Source: Thermodesulfovibrionia bacterium
GTDB taxonomy: Bacteria > Nitrospirota > Thermodesulfovibrionia > UBA6902
Assembly (NCBI GenBank): GCA_038918635.1
Contig: JBCKZY010000001.1
Location: 12,050-76,049, forward strand
DNA: 64,000 nt
Direction: 5' to 3'
In this document: piece after piece, positions 9,591-19,429 of the stretch
Numbering within the stretch: position 1 is the first letter of the stretch
Layout of the letters: each line of letters starts with the position of its first letter
The notes under the pieces: model-generated
Seen by the model: only the letters and a program-made list of their open reading frames with translations
What the model was told of the DNA's origin: nothing
The model's database searches: none
Program-made: the position numbers and the translations under genes

Positions 9591-10538
9591 CTAAATCCTC
9601 AGTTTTGTGACAAGCGCTCTCACTGATTCAGCGGACATCGCAAGCCCCTTCTTCTCTTCTTCTCCAAGGGAAAGCTCTACAATCTTTTCCAGGCCTTTCG
9701 AAGCGAGTAATACGGGCACTCCCAGATAAACACCCCTTATTCCATACTCACCGTCAAGATAGACCGAACACGGAAGTGGTTCATCTTTACCTTCAAACAT
9801 TGCCTCAATCATCTCAACAACCGAAGCCGCGGGAGCATAGTACGCGCTTCCTGTCTTTAAAAGTCCGACGATCTCCGCGCCGCCGTTCTTTGTCCTCTCA
9901 ATAATAGCCTTGACCTTCTGCTCAGGCATTACCTCGGTTATCTTTTCTCCTTTAATTGTTGTTAGACTCGGTATCGGCACCATCTGATCACCGTGACCCC
10001 CTAAAACCATCGCCTGAATATCTTCTGGAGAAACACCGGTTTCCAGTGAAATAAATGTCCTCATCCTTGTAGAATCAAGGACCCCTCCCATCCCTATTAC
10101 TCTATGAAATGGAAAACCTGTAACCTTTTGAGTAAGCTGAGCCATAACATCCATCGGGTTTGTAACTACAATGACTATCGCCTCAGGGGAGGTCCCTGCG
10201 ATTTCTTCGGCCACCTTTTGTACGATCTCCGCGTTTGCCTTTAGCAGATCATCCCTGCTCATACCGGGCTTTCTTGCAAGACCGGCGGTAATAACCACAA
10301 TATCCGATCCTGCGGTATCATCATAGCTGTTTGTACCCGTAACCCTGGCAGAAGATCTCCATATAGGACAGGCCTCCTGTATATCAAGGGCCTTACCCTG
10401 GGGAATCCCCTCAATAATATCTATAAGCACAACATCCGCCAGATTCCTTTCAGCAATAAACTGGGCTGTTGTGGTACCGACATTGCCTGCGCCGACTACC
10501 GTTATCTTTTTCCGCAATTTCACCTCGTTATTCATCAA
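9591..10538 (-). CDS. mdh: Malate dehydrogenase (LDH-like family)
   Basis: KITVVGAGNVG, ITAGLARKPGMSRDDLL, VTNPMD, GGHGDQMVP. Confidence 0.9.
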   Translation of the reverse strand: MMNNEVKLRKKITVVGAGNVGTTTAQFIAERNLADVVLIDIIEGIPQGKALDIQEACPIWRSSARVTGTNSYDDTAGSDIVVITAGLARKPGMSRDDLLKANAEIVQKVAEEIAGTSPEAIVIVVTNPMDVMAQLTQKVTGFPFHRVIGMGGVLDSTRMRTFISLETGVSPEDIQAMVLGGHGDQMVPIPSLTTIKGEKITEVMPEQKVKAIIERTKNGGAEIVGLLKTGSAYYAPAASVVEMIEAMFEGKDEPLPCSVYLDGEYGIRGVYLGVPVLLASKGLEKIVELSLGEEEKKGLAMSAESVRALVTKLRI

Positions 10539-10617
10539 AAAAATTTGACAGGATATACAGGATATACAGGATAAAACAACTCAAATCAGGCGATTATTAC
10601 TACTCTTTCTATATTCT

Positions 10618-10778
10618 GTCATTCCCCTTGACGGAAATCATTCCCCTGTCTTTAAGAAAGATTCCCGCCCCGGCGGGCCGCCTGAGGCGACTGGACATTT
10701 ATCATTTGCAACAATACAAAAAAGAAGCCAAGCCTGTCCCGACTGTCCCGATGCTTCGGGGACTTGTGGGGGAATGAC
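10618..10778. repeat. MITE-like element, gtcattcccc...ggggaatgac family
   Basis: Terminal inverted repeats with internal cctgtcccgactgtcccg modules. The related copy at 31491-31640 shares the ctactctttc..attctgtcattcccc leader. Confidence 0.7.
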
Positions 10779-10926
10779 AGACTTATTTTCACCCAATGGA
10801 TGATCTTATATCTTTTATTTATCTTTAATCTCATATAAGGATAAATCAAAAAAAGAAGAAGAAATCCTGTTATATCCCGTTAATCCTGTCAAAAGTGTCT
10901 TTTTTGTTATTTGTGTTTATTCGTGG

Positions 10927-11943
10927 TTAATAAAGCTGTAAACCCCAGGGGGCCCCGGAATAAGGGCTTTCGGGGGTAAGAGTGAGCTTTATAGTATCGA
11001 TAACCTTATTGCTATCCGTATCGATTATAGCGATAGACATATCTTCGTGATTAGCCACATACAACCTCTTTTTATCAGGATCAACCGCCACGCCTATCGG
11101 ACCCTTGCCGACATCAATCGAGGCAGCCACCTTGTCAGTTGCAGTATCAATAACCGATACTTTATTCTCTTCTCTCCTCGTTACATAGGCCCTGTTGTTT
11201 ATGGAATCTACAGCAACATACCACGCTGACTTGCCCACGTCTATATTCTTAATGACCTTATTGGTTTCAGCATCTATTACCGCTACCTTTCCTTTGCCGT
11301 GAATGGCTACGTATACCTTCTTCTTCTTCAGATCAACGTCAATCCCAAGAGGCGTATCAACGACTTTTATCTGTTCCAGCACCTTATGGCTTTTAGTATC
11401 AACAACAGCAACTGTCCCGTCACCCGTGTTACTTGTAAATATCTTGCCATTGATTAACTTAATGTCAAACGGCCCTATACCTACTTCGATCTTCTTTGTA
11501 ACAGTGAATGTTTTAAGATCAAATACTGACAGCGTTTTACTCAGGTTCTTTCCATCCACCAGGTTTTCAGTATCAGCCGCGTACCCTATGCCGGCGGCAG
11601 AGTCAATAGCAACAGCCATTGGACCGATGCCGACCTTTATCTTCTTTAACTCAGAGTTGCTGGCAACATCAATAACTGAAATAGTACTGTCCCCCTCACT
11701 TGAGTTTGCGATATAGAGTCTGCCGGCAGCGGGATCAAGCGCCATACCCGCAGGCCATACACCTGCCCTGAATGTTGCCACAACCTCTTTTTTTGGTATA
11801 TCAATTACAGAAATAGTGCTGTTACCTGCATTGGACACATACAGACGGCTGCCCCTGGAATGGCTGTTATCCTCCCCGTATCCTGAAACCGGCAGTATTA
11901 AAACAATTAAAAGCGCTACTAAAAAAAGGCCTTTTACTCTCAT
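10927..11943 (-). CDS. Secreted YVTN-family beta-propeller repeat protein
   Basis: Signal peptide MRVKGLFLVALLIVLILPVSG. Repeated LYV(S/A)N...ISVID / YVA...VAVID units. Confidence 0.75.
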   Translation of the reverse strand: MRVKGLFLVALLIVLILPVSGYGEDNSHSRGSRLYVSNAGNSTISVIDIPKKEVVATFRAGVWPAGMALDPAAGRLYIANSSEGDSTISVIDVASNSELKKIKVGIGPMAVAIDSAAGIGYAADTENLVDGKNLSKTLSVFDLKTFTVTKKIEVGIGPFDIKLINGKIFTSNTGDGTVAVVDTKSHKVLEQIKVVDTPLGIDVDLKKKKVYVAIHGKGKVAVIDAETNKVIKNIDVGKSAWYVAVDSINNRAYVTRREENKVSVIDTATDKVAASIDVGKGPIGVAVDPDKKRLYVANHEDMSIAIIDTDSNKVIDTIKLTLTPESPYSGAPWGLQLY

Positions 11944-12244
11944 ATTGTCTCCTTTATATTAATAATTTGCTATACCTATATGTATGGATATAATTGATGG
12001 CGTCGTAAAAAGTCCGATCTACTGCGTTGCAGCGTATTTTGAAATCCTCGACATACTATATGTATAGTCTCGTCTTTAAAAATACACTACGCCTTGTATA
12101 TCAAAATTTTTACTTAGCCATCCCATGATTTATTACGAGCTTATCATAATTAATCAAGACCTATTATGCTGAAATTAACAAACTGAATCAATATCAAAAC
12201 CTGACGGACATAACAAATATAGCCGTAAATGAGAAATAATAAGG

Positions 12245-13510
12245 CTATATCCTTGTTATCTTTATCTTTTCTATCTTCTTGCCTTCCATCTCCATTATAA
12301 GGAACTTCACGTCCTTGTACCTGAGCTGATCCCCAACCTTTGGAAGATGTCCAAAAAGGCCGAATATAAAGCCGCCTATCGTATTAAAATCTTCGCTCTC
12401 TATCTCAACCCCTATTAGTTCATTCATCTCGTCAATACCGGTAGAACCGGAGACAAGAATAGTCCTTTCATCTACCACCTCAACCTCTTTCTCTGCCTCA
12501 ATAGTTTCGAACTCGTCCTGAAGCCCTCCTACTATCTCTTCCATTATATCTTCAAGCGTGATAAGCCCTGCCGTACCCCCGTGCTCATCAATGACAATAG
12601 CGATATGGAACTTCTTCTTCTGCATTTCGTCTAGGAGTGACGTAACCATCTTGCTTTCAGGTATGTAGTAGGCCTCTCTCAGGAAGTCCCTGATCGGGGC
12701 CTTCGAACTTATCTCCTCATCCGCCATTTTTCTGACTATATCCTTAACAAACAGGATACCTATAATGTTATCCACAGTTCCCTTGATGACAGGATAGCGG
12801 GAATAACCTTTTTCTGAAACAAGGTTAAGGACGTCCGCGACAACGGCATCCTCTTCTATAGCCACTATCTCGGTCCTCGGAACCATCGCCTCGGATACCC
12901 CCTTGTCTCCAAACTCAAAGACGTTATGGAGCATCTCCTTCTCCTCTTTATCCAGAGTTCCATCCTCTTCCCCTATGCTTATCATCGCCTTCATCTCTTC
13001 CTCGGTCAGGAACGGGGAAGCTGGTTTTATTTCTCCTCCGTTAACCCGGCGGATAATAAGGTTGGAGAGTCTACTGAATACCCAGACAATAGGAGAGATT
13101 ATTCTAATATATATGTCTAATGGTTTTGCTATAGCCAGCGCGATCCTATCCGCATGGCTTACGGCAAATGTCTTCGGAGCCAGCTCCCCGAAAACAACTG
13201 TAAGAACGGTCATTACAACAGTTGCGACAATAATCCCGCTCTCTTCACCAAAAAAGTTCAGCGCAATTGCTGTCCCTATTGATGTGGCAAAAATCGTTAA
13301 GAGGTTTCCTGAAAGTATTACCGCACTGAAGAACCTGTCATGCTCTTCACGAATCTTTTGAACAGTTTTAGCTCTGCTGTTGCCTTTTTCAATCAGGTGT
13401 CTGAGCTTTAGTTTATTTACCGCGATAAAAGCTACTTCAGAGATTGAAAGGATGGCGATGAGAATGAGACATATTATTATGATGACAAAACTAATAGGGC
13501 CAGGGTCCAT
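12245..13510 (-). CDS. CNNM/TlyC-type hemolysin-family protein (DUF21-CBS pair-CorC_HlyC)
   Basis: N-terminal 4-TM DUF21, GELAPK, a CBS region, and a C-terminal transporter-associated domain. Confidence 0.8.
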   Translation of the reverse strand: MDPGPISFVIIIICLILIAILSISEVAFIAVNKLKLRHLIEKGNSRAKTVQKIREEHDRFFSAVILSGNLLTIFATSIGTAIALNFFGEESGIIVATVVMTVLTVVFGELAPKTFAVSHADRIALAIAKPLDIYIRIISPIVWVFSRLSNLIIRRVNGGEIKPASPFLTEEEMKAMISIGEEDGTLDKEEKEMLHNVFEFGDKGVSEAMVPRTEIVAIEEDAVVADVLNLVSEKGYSRYPVIKGTVDNIIGILFVKDIVRKMADEEISSKAPIRDFLREAYYIPESKMVTSLLDEMQKKKFHIAIVIDEHGGTAGLITLEDIMEEIVGGLQDEFETIEAEKEVEVVDERTILVSGSTGIDEMNELIGVEIESEDFNTIGGFIFGLFGHLPKVGDQLRYKDVKFLIMEMEGKKIEKIKITRI

Positions 13511-13516
13511 AGATAT

Positions 13517-14593
13517 CTAATTCAGTTTTGAAATAATGGCGTCAGCAACGCCGGATGTGGTTACAGCAGAAGGATCATCAGGTGTGGGTTTCATGTCATA
13601 AGTAACATACTTTCCCTCTCTTATAATAGAAGAGATCGCGCTGTCAAGCCTTTCAGCTGAGGATGTTTCTCCGATATGCCTCAACATCATAATTCCGCTC
13701 AGCATAACCGCCAGCGGGTTCACCTTGTTAAGTCCTTTATATTTAGGTGCGCTTCCGTGGGTAGCCTCAAAGACGGCATGTTCTTCTCCAATATTCGCAC
13801 CGGGGGCCAGCCCGAGCCCGCCTATCAACCCGGCTCCAAGGTCGGAGACGATATCTCCATAAAGGTTGGGCAGGACAAGGACATCATACAGTTCGGGCTT
13901 TTGAACAAGCTGCATACACATATTATCTATGATTTTATCTTCAAATTCAACATCAGGGTACTTCTTAGCGACCTCCCGGGCGACTTCAAGAAAGAGCCCG
14001 TCGGAAAATTTCATGATATTTGCCTTATGCACAGCGGTAACCTTGCGCCTTTTGTTCTTCCTCGCGTATTCAAAAGCATATCGGACAATCCTCTCGGAAC
14101 CGTAAACGGATATCGGCTTTATACTGATGCCTGAGTCCTCACGTATCTCCCGGCCGGAACTCTTCCTGACAGACTCAATAATAGACTTAGCGCCATCAGA
14201 GTCCTTACGGTATTCAATGCCGGCATAGAGGTCTTCCGTATTCTCTCTTATTATTACAATGTCAATATTTTCAAATCTTGACCTTACCCCTTCATAGCTC
14301 TTGCATGGCCTTACACAGCTGAAGAGATCCAGTCTCTGTCTGAGCTGTACATTTACGCTCCTGAAGCCGGAACCTACAGGGGTTGTAATGGGCCCCTTCA
14401 GCGCAATCTTATTCTCCCTGATCGAGTCAAGGACCCTCTCCGGCAAAGGGCTTCCCTCTTCCCTGAAGACCTCCTCTCCCGCGTTCTGGATATCCCATTT
14501 AAAAGATACTCCTGTTGCTTCAAGCACCCTCCGGGTTGCTTCCACTATCTCGGGGCCTGTTCCGTCACCTGGAATTAAAGTTATCTTATACAT
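13517..14593 (-). CDS. Isocitrate dehydrogenase, NAD-type (isocitrate/isopropylmalate DH family)
   Basis: [68 protein letters not shown]. Confidence 0.8.
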   Translation of the reverse strand: MYKITLIPGDGTGPEIVEATRRVLEATGVSFKWDIQNAGEEVFREEGSPLPERVLDSIRENKIALKGPITTPVGSGFRSVNVQLRQRLDLFSCVRPCKSYEGVRSRFENIDIVIIRENTEDLYAGIEYRKDSDGAKSIIESVRKSSGREIREDSGISIKPISVYGSERIVRYAFEYARKNKRRKVTAVHKANIMKFSDGLFLEVAREVAKKYPDVEFEDKIIDNMCMQLVQKPELYDVLVLPNLYGDIVSDLGAGLIGGLGLAPGANIGEEHAVFEATHGSAPKYKGLNKVNPLAVMLSGIMMLRHIGETSSAERLDSAISSIIREGKYVTYDMKPTPDDPSAVTTSGVADAIISKLN

Positions 14594-14770
14594 AATTAAG
14601 GTAGATGTTCAGCATAGTTTTTGCCAGCTTGCTCAACAAAATGCGGGAGGTCTGTACCCAGTCCCTGTTTGTAATATCAATAAGATATATTATATTCATG
14701 GAGAGATATTGATCTTCCCTTTGGCAAAACCACAAGGGAATCTAATGTAAGGAAAAATGTTTTATTTATT

Positions 14771-14826
14771 CACTCGCTTGACCCCGTGGCAAGAACACGG
14801 GGTATACACTCGCTATACATTTAACC
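14771..14826. repeat. Solo 55-bp hairpin segment homologous to an internal part of the IS91-like element
   Basis: About 48/55 identical by eye to the reverse complement of 3721-3775. The cccgtggcaagaacacggg hairpin is retained. Confidence 0.6.
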
Positions 14827-15063
14827 ACATTTTGATATGATTTACAACCGGGTTTAGAAAAACCGCTTAAACTGTAAAGGGTTAGACCAGTCAGCTGATG
14901 TCTTTTCCGGGTTAAGTCTTTTGTAAGACTTTACATTAATTCACATAACAAATTCTCTTAATAAATACTATCATAATTAATATATTAACTGTATGTTTAT
15001 ATTACACTTTATCCTGTCAGTAGATCAGTGGTCCGTTAGTCACTGCTTAGGGAAGAAAATACT

Positions 15064-16386
15064 ATGAATAAAGACAAAAGATTATTCAAGAGATACCCGA
15101 CAGAAATGGATACCTTCCTTTTCCTGAATAATAAGCCTGTCAGGGCAAAGATAATCGACTATTCACTTCAGGGTATAGGGGCATTTATTTTTGATGTACC
15201 GTTACTGCCGAAAGGCGCGCTGGTGCATAGTGATAATCCTTTATTAAGCTGTCCCGGGGAGATTATCCGGGCGGAAAAAGCAGGCTCTGGCCTGATGGTT
15301 GGTATTAAAAAGAAGGGGGATATTAAAGGCAGTATCAAGGACTACAGACTCAGCGATACCCTGATAGGACTGCAGAGAAGTCAACTAACCGGTCCGTTGA
15401 AGTTCATTAGCGGTGATATAACAAAGAGTATTTTTATCAGAAACGGTGAAATGATATTTTCCGCCTCGAGCCTGGAGCAGGACCGGCTCGGAGATATGCT
15501 TATGCAGAAAGGTCGAATAACGGACATTCAATATAATAATGCTGTAACGGAGATGAAGAAGACCGGTCAGAGATTGGGTCAGGTGCTCGTCAGGCTTAGG
15601 TATATTACACACGAGGAACTCTATAACGCAGTCAGGCACCACGTCGAAAAAATAATCCTGAGTCTTTTTGGTTTTGAAGACGGCCTATTTGAATTTATCG
15701 AGTACCGGCTTCCCGTAAAAGAGATTATAACATTAAAGATGTCGACCGCAAACCTGATATATCACGGGATAAAAAGTATAAATGATTTTAACATCCTGAG
15801 AAAAGATATGCCTCCTATGCAGACTGCACTCCATTTCTCATCAGACCCTGCCGATCTCTATCAGAATATAATCCTGGACCAGGCAGGAAAGAAAGTCATC
15901 TCCTGTATTGATAACAATGCATCCATAAAGGATATTATTCAATCAACAAAACTGGACAGGTTAGAGGTACTGAAGACCGTTTGCGCGCTACTGAATGCCC
16001 GCATAATCTCCCTGGCGCAGGATCTCGATCTGCCTGAAGAGTTGATAAAAGACTTTATAGAGGAGATAGTTGAAGATAGCGGACCGGTGATGGACCCCGG
16101 GGTCAGGAAATTAATGGAGGACATGTATAGGAGATATGAAAACCTCGGGTATTACGGTGTCCTTGGAGTAAAGGAGAACGCGTCTCCCCATGAGATAAAA
16201 CGCGCATACTATAAGACTGCAAAACAGTTTCACCCTGACATGCACTTTCTGTTTGCAGACGATTCCTTAAAGAAGAAATTGAGCACTATTTTTGCATATT
16301 CTTATGAGGCTTATTCCACTTTACTTAACCCTCAAAAGAGGAGAGAGTATGACAGGACCATATCACTCAAGGCCACAGGTATATAA
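15064..16386 (+). CDS. PilZ - DUF4388/PATAN-like - DnaJ (J-domain) fusion protein
   Basis: Both PilZ c-di-GMP motifs are present (RLFKR = RxxxR; DYSLQG = DxSxxG). The central segment is DUF4388-like (LTGPLKF...IFIRNGEMIFSAS...RLGQVLV). The C-terminal J domain reads YYGVLGV...EIKRAYYKTAKQFHPDM (HPD). Confidence 0.75.
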   Translation: MNKDKRLFKRYPTEMDTFLFLNNKPVRAKIIDYSLQGIGAFIFDVPLLPKGALVHSDNPLLSCPGEIIRAEKAGSGLMVGIKKKGDIKGSIKDYRLSDTLIGLQRSQLTGPLKFISGDITKSIFIRNGEMIFSASSLEQDRLGDMLMQKGRITDIQYNNAVTEMKKTGQRLGQVLVRLRYITHEELYNAVRHHVEKIILSLFGFEDGLFEFIEYRLPVKEIITLKMSTANLIYHGIKSINDFNILRKDMPPMQTALHFSSDPADLYQNIILDQAGKKVISCIDNNASIKDIIQSTKLDRLEVLKTVCALLNARIISLAQDLDLPEELIKDFIEEIVEDSGPVMDPGVRKLMEDMYRRYENLGYYGVLGVKENASPHEIKRAYYKTAKQFHPDMHFLFADDSLKKKLSTIFAYSYEAYSTLLNPQKRREYDRTISLKATGI

Positions 16387-16748
16387 ACCCAAAGGACAAG
16401 GCTCTGGCAATATTCGAAGAAGGTAAAAAATATTTTAAGAGTGAAGAGTATTTAAAAGCGGGAGATCTCTTCAGGCAGGCGATATCCTATAACGATATAA
16501 GGCCTGAATATCACTATTACCATGGCCTCACTTTAATAAAACTTGAGAAACTCAATCGCGCTAAAGAGTCGCTCATGACGGCATACAAGCTGGCGCCTTA
16601 TAATGATGAGTACATCGCCCAGCTTGGAACCGTCTATCTTGGGTTAGGGCTCAAAACAACGGCAAGAGGCATTTTCAAGAAGGCTCTGAGGATCGCTCCT
16701 GATAACGCTGTGGCGTTAGAAGGGCTGAAGATTGCAGGAAAGAATTAG
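16353..16748 (+). other. TPR-encoding open frame with no start codon, out of frame with the upstream J-domain gene
   Basis: The frame opens at 16353 and encodes NPKDKALAIFEEGKKYFKSEEYLKAGDLFRQAISYN...ALRIAPDNAVALEGL (TPR repeats). There is no ATG/GTG/TTG until about 16575. It overlaps the stop of 15064-16386. Confidence 0.55.
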
Positions 16749-16804
16749 ACGAAAAATATATTAATAACAATCACTCCATCTGCCGCCTACTTAAAATACG
16801 CGGG

Positions 16805-17398
16805 TTACTTCCATCTACTGAAAAGGCGATGGGTGATGCCCGCGCAGTCAAGGATTTTTCCAACGACAAAATCAACTATTTCATCAATGCTCTCCGGTTT
16901 TTGGTAAAAAGCGGGTAAAGGGGGCGCAATCGTCACACCAAGCCTCGCGAGTTTTAACATATTCTCAAGGTGTATGGCATTAAAGGGCATTTCCCGGGGT
17001 GAAACTATAAGCATTCTCCCCTCCTTGATAGCGACATCGGCAGATCTCTCGATCAGGTTATTCGCGTAACCCGAGGCGATTCCCGACAGGGTCTTCATTG
17101 AGCAAGGGAGAACAAACATCCCGTCAGTCAAGAACGACCCGCTTGAGACAGGAGCAGTGAGATCGTCTTCATTGTAGTATCTGATCTTCTTTGAAGAGAA
17201 GTGTTTTCTAATCCTCTTTTCTGTCTCGGCCGCGTTCCTTCCTGCAAGGTTTATCCCCGTTTCGGTCTTAATAACAAAAAAAGACTGTTTTGAGAGGCAG
17301 AGATGTATGTTCTCAACCGAATTAAGCAGCTCCTCTACAAGCCTTAGCCCATAAATAGAGCCGCTTGCGCCTGTTATCGCAACAATACAGGATTTCAT
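16805..17398 (-). CDS. ubiX: Flavin prenyltransferase UbiX
   Basis: IVAITGASGSIYGLRL, LPCSMKTLSGIASGYANNLIERSADV, REMPFNAIHLENM. Confidence 0.85.
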   Translation of the reverse strand: MKSCIVAITGASGSIYGLRLVEELLNSVENIHLCLSKQSFFVIKTETGINLAGRNAAETEKRIRKHFSSKKIRYYNEDDLTAPVSSGSFLTDGMFVLPCSMKTLSGIASGYANNLIERSADVAIKEGRMLIVSPREMPFNAIHLENMLKLARLGVTIAPPLPAFYQKPESIDEIVDFVVGKILDCAGITHRLFSRWK

Positions 17399-17555
17399 CT
17401 TTTCATTTTAACACATATGGGGAAACCGGCGAAACCGGCCATATCCTGGTGAACTGTCCGGTAAAATACTATTCAATGTTCACTTCCTTTTTCTGACGTT
17501 CATTTTCTCTTCGGTATCTATATAAAGAACTCATAATTGAATACTCATTAGACTG

Positions 17556-17613
17556 AAAATCTCCCCTCCCCCCTCGCCTCGGGGCGGAGCAACTGGTCTT
17601 TGCCAAAGAGGGG
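17556..17613 (-). repeat. 58-bp conserved repeat core (cccctctttgccaaagacc.gttgctccgccccgaggcgagggg..aggggagatttt), inverted copy
   Basis: Near-identical cores at 25107-25165, 31270-31328 and 55308-55364 (all + orientation). This copy is reverse-complemented. Confidence 0.85.
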
Positions 17614-17739
17614 CAATATTCCTCCCTGCTTAAAGCACCTACTGTTGGTTGGCAAAGGGAGGTTAGGAGGGATTTTCTGACAATCTGGTGCATATAATTT
17701 TGAGACTTTCAATTGTCCAGTTATTTGAGCGACACTACC

Positions 17740-18384
17740 CTACCTTCTCAGTTTAGGAAAAAACCTGCCGGTCTTTTGTATATATTCTCTGTACCCGGCT
17801 CCATGAGTGTCGATAAGATACGCCTCCTCGTCATTAGTCATTATAGAGACACAGGTATAGTGAATAATAAGGATTATCAGGGAAAATAATGTGGGAAGAA
17901 GACAGGCCATCCCCATGAGAATCAAAATCTGAAATGAATAGATCGGGTGCCGCACAAAGCGGTATATCCCATGATTTACAAGGACGGTCTTAACTTTACT
18001 GTTGACGCCCAGTCTCCAGGAATTACCGATCAATGCATAACACCAAAGAGTTCCGGCATAACCAGCCAGAGCCAGCAGAATACCTATAACAACTCCAGGG
18101 GGGATAAAGAGAGGTTCCGGATAAGAAAATAATGTAGTATGCCGGTAATAATGAATAACAAGAGGCTGCCCCAACCATCCCCCGATTATAATGAACCAGC
18201 CCAAAGATAACAGCTTCTCTTTAAGTGTCCTGTACTTCATCAGATTGGGGGAGCCGCCGATATTCCTGCGAACGCGATAGACATTAATGACGACACCGCC
18301 CCAGTATATTAAGGCAGATATAAGGACAACCGCCTCTCTCATGATTGAAGACTTATCTGACATTCGCGGTCTGTCGTCTGGCAA
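17740..18384 (-). CDS. Membrane methyltransferase, ICMT/PEMT (isoprenylcysteine carboxyl methyltransferase) family
   Basis: Multi-TM protein with GIYRFVRHPIYSFQILILMG (the RHPxY motif). The start is uncertain (ATGs at 18384, 18363 and 18342). It overlaps or abuts the upstream gene. Confidence 0.65.
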   Translation of the reverse strand: MPDDRPRMSDKSSIMREAVVLISALIYWGGVVINVYRVRRNIGGSPNLMKYRTLKEKLLSLGWFIIIGGWLGQPLVIHYYRHTTLFSYPEPLFIPPGVVIGILLALAGYAGTLWCYALIGNSWRLGVNSKVKTVLVNHGIYRFVRHPIYSFQILILMGMACLLPTLFSLIILIIHYTCVSIMTNDEEAYLIDTHGAGYREYIQKTGRFFPKLRR

Positions 18385-19429
18385 GTATAAGGCGCTTCAG
18401 TTCAAGGACCCAGTGTTTCTTGATGCTATACCATACATCCGCTGCCCACAGGATATGTTTACTTGAAGAGCTAAAGGTAACGGTCATCTCTGGTTCCTCT
18501 TCCGGGATATAATTATTTATCCAGTCCCTTATCTCCCGATCCTCTGCAAGATGCTTTGTTCCGGGAATTGTAATATGATTATACCCCAGCGGCAATTTTA
18601 CATTCCGGACCCTGGCCTTACCGTTTGCCTTAAACTTATTCATAGAGCCAAAGCCTAAATAATCGCCTCCGAGTAAATCCATCCCCATATAAAATCCTGT
18701 AAACTCTTCTACTGAATCCGGGATACTTCTCAGCCTGCCTATCATACTCCATTGATTTGGCAGAAGCCTGGTAAAGCCTCCGGCGCCGACAGCTGTTACA
18801 TATGACAACTTCATGTCTACAACAGGTAGTGATACCCCCGTAAGAGGATCTATAATATAAGTTCTATCCTCTTTCTCTTTTATTAAAGGATTCCAGACAG
18901 GCACTTCTTTGCTGAAGTTTCCTGCCAATATATGAAGGACCTTTACAGCCTGTATACCTCCCTGGCTATGTCCTACCATCATCGGCCTCATCCCCTCTCT
19001 TTCGTAATACCAGGCAATCAGTCCAGCGAGTTTTTCACTGCCGAAATAACAGCTATAAGAGTAGGTCCCGTCAATTGGACTGCGAATACTCTCTTCCGGA
19101 TAACCCATTGAGATCACTAATTCAGAGAAAGATTTCATGAGCATCTTCATAAAGAAGATCGGATATACCCCGCCATGTATATTTACAATCCTCGGGGCAG
19201 GCGCATTCGACAGGACCTCTTTTATATCTTTTTCTGTTATATTTTCAGGATCAAGAGCCAGTATCTTTTCCTCTAACGCAGGGGCAAGAGAATATTGCCG
19301 AAGAACTGTCCCTTTCTTTATTTCCTTTATAGGATAGTTATAAGTATATTCTGAAGTTGTAGTTGCACAGCTGCCTGCAAAAACCACAAAAAAGAATAAA
19401 AATATTATAAGAATATGATTTTTCTTCAT
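18353..19429 (-). CDS. Probable lipoprotein with alpha/beta-hydrolase (lipase/esterase-like) nucleophile motif
   Basis: N-terminal signal with ...VVFAGSC. GHSQG nucleophile elbow in MMVGHSQGGIQAV. Its start overlaps the upstream stop by 4 nt. Confidence 0.55.
   Translation of the reverse strand: MKKNHILIIFLFFFVVFAGSCATTTSEYTYNYPIKEIKKGTVLRQYSLAPALEEKILALDPENITEKDIKEVLSNAPAPRIVNIHGGVYPIFFMKMLMKSFSELVISMGYPEESIRSPIDGTYSYSCYFGSEKLAGLIAWYYEREGMRPMMVGHSQGGIQAVKVLHILAGNFSKEVPVWNPLIKEKEDRTYIIDPLTGVSLPVVDMKLSYVTAVGAGGFTRLLPNQWSMIGRLRSIPDSVEEFTGFYMGMDLLGGDYLGFGSMNKFKANGKARVRNVKLPLGYNHITIPGTKHLAEDREIRDWINNYIPEEEPEMTVTFSSSSKHILWAADVWYSIKKHWVLELKRLILARRQTANVR

Noticed and set aside
10545-10575. Possible CRISPR arrays at the short tandem word arrays (for example 10545-10575, 49340-49372, 33510-33545)
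   Set aside because: The units are 8-10 nt with no unique spacers of 25-40 nt, only two to four copies each, and no cas genes in the window.
16340-16390. Programmed -1 ribosomal frameshift joining the J-domain and TPR frames
   Set aside because: There is no X XXY YYZ slippery heptamer or obvious downstream stimulatory structure at the junction. An indel (real or technical) is the simpler explanation.
16805-17398. UbiX as a member of the lipid cluster
   Set aside because: It is separated from the cluster by a 340-bp repeat-filled gap and there is no UbiD-type partner in the window. Same-strand adjacency alone is insufficient.
17469-17693. ORFs translated across repeat elements (17469-17693, 23627-23848, 24968-25207, 25004-25228, 27116-27409, 31103-31333, 31471-31656, 34455-34676, 49476-49682)
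   Set aside because: Each lies wholly in MITE or composite-repeat DNA. The recurring SAPRRGG-type peptides come from the 58-bp repeat core, not from a protein family.
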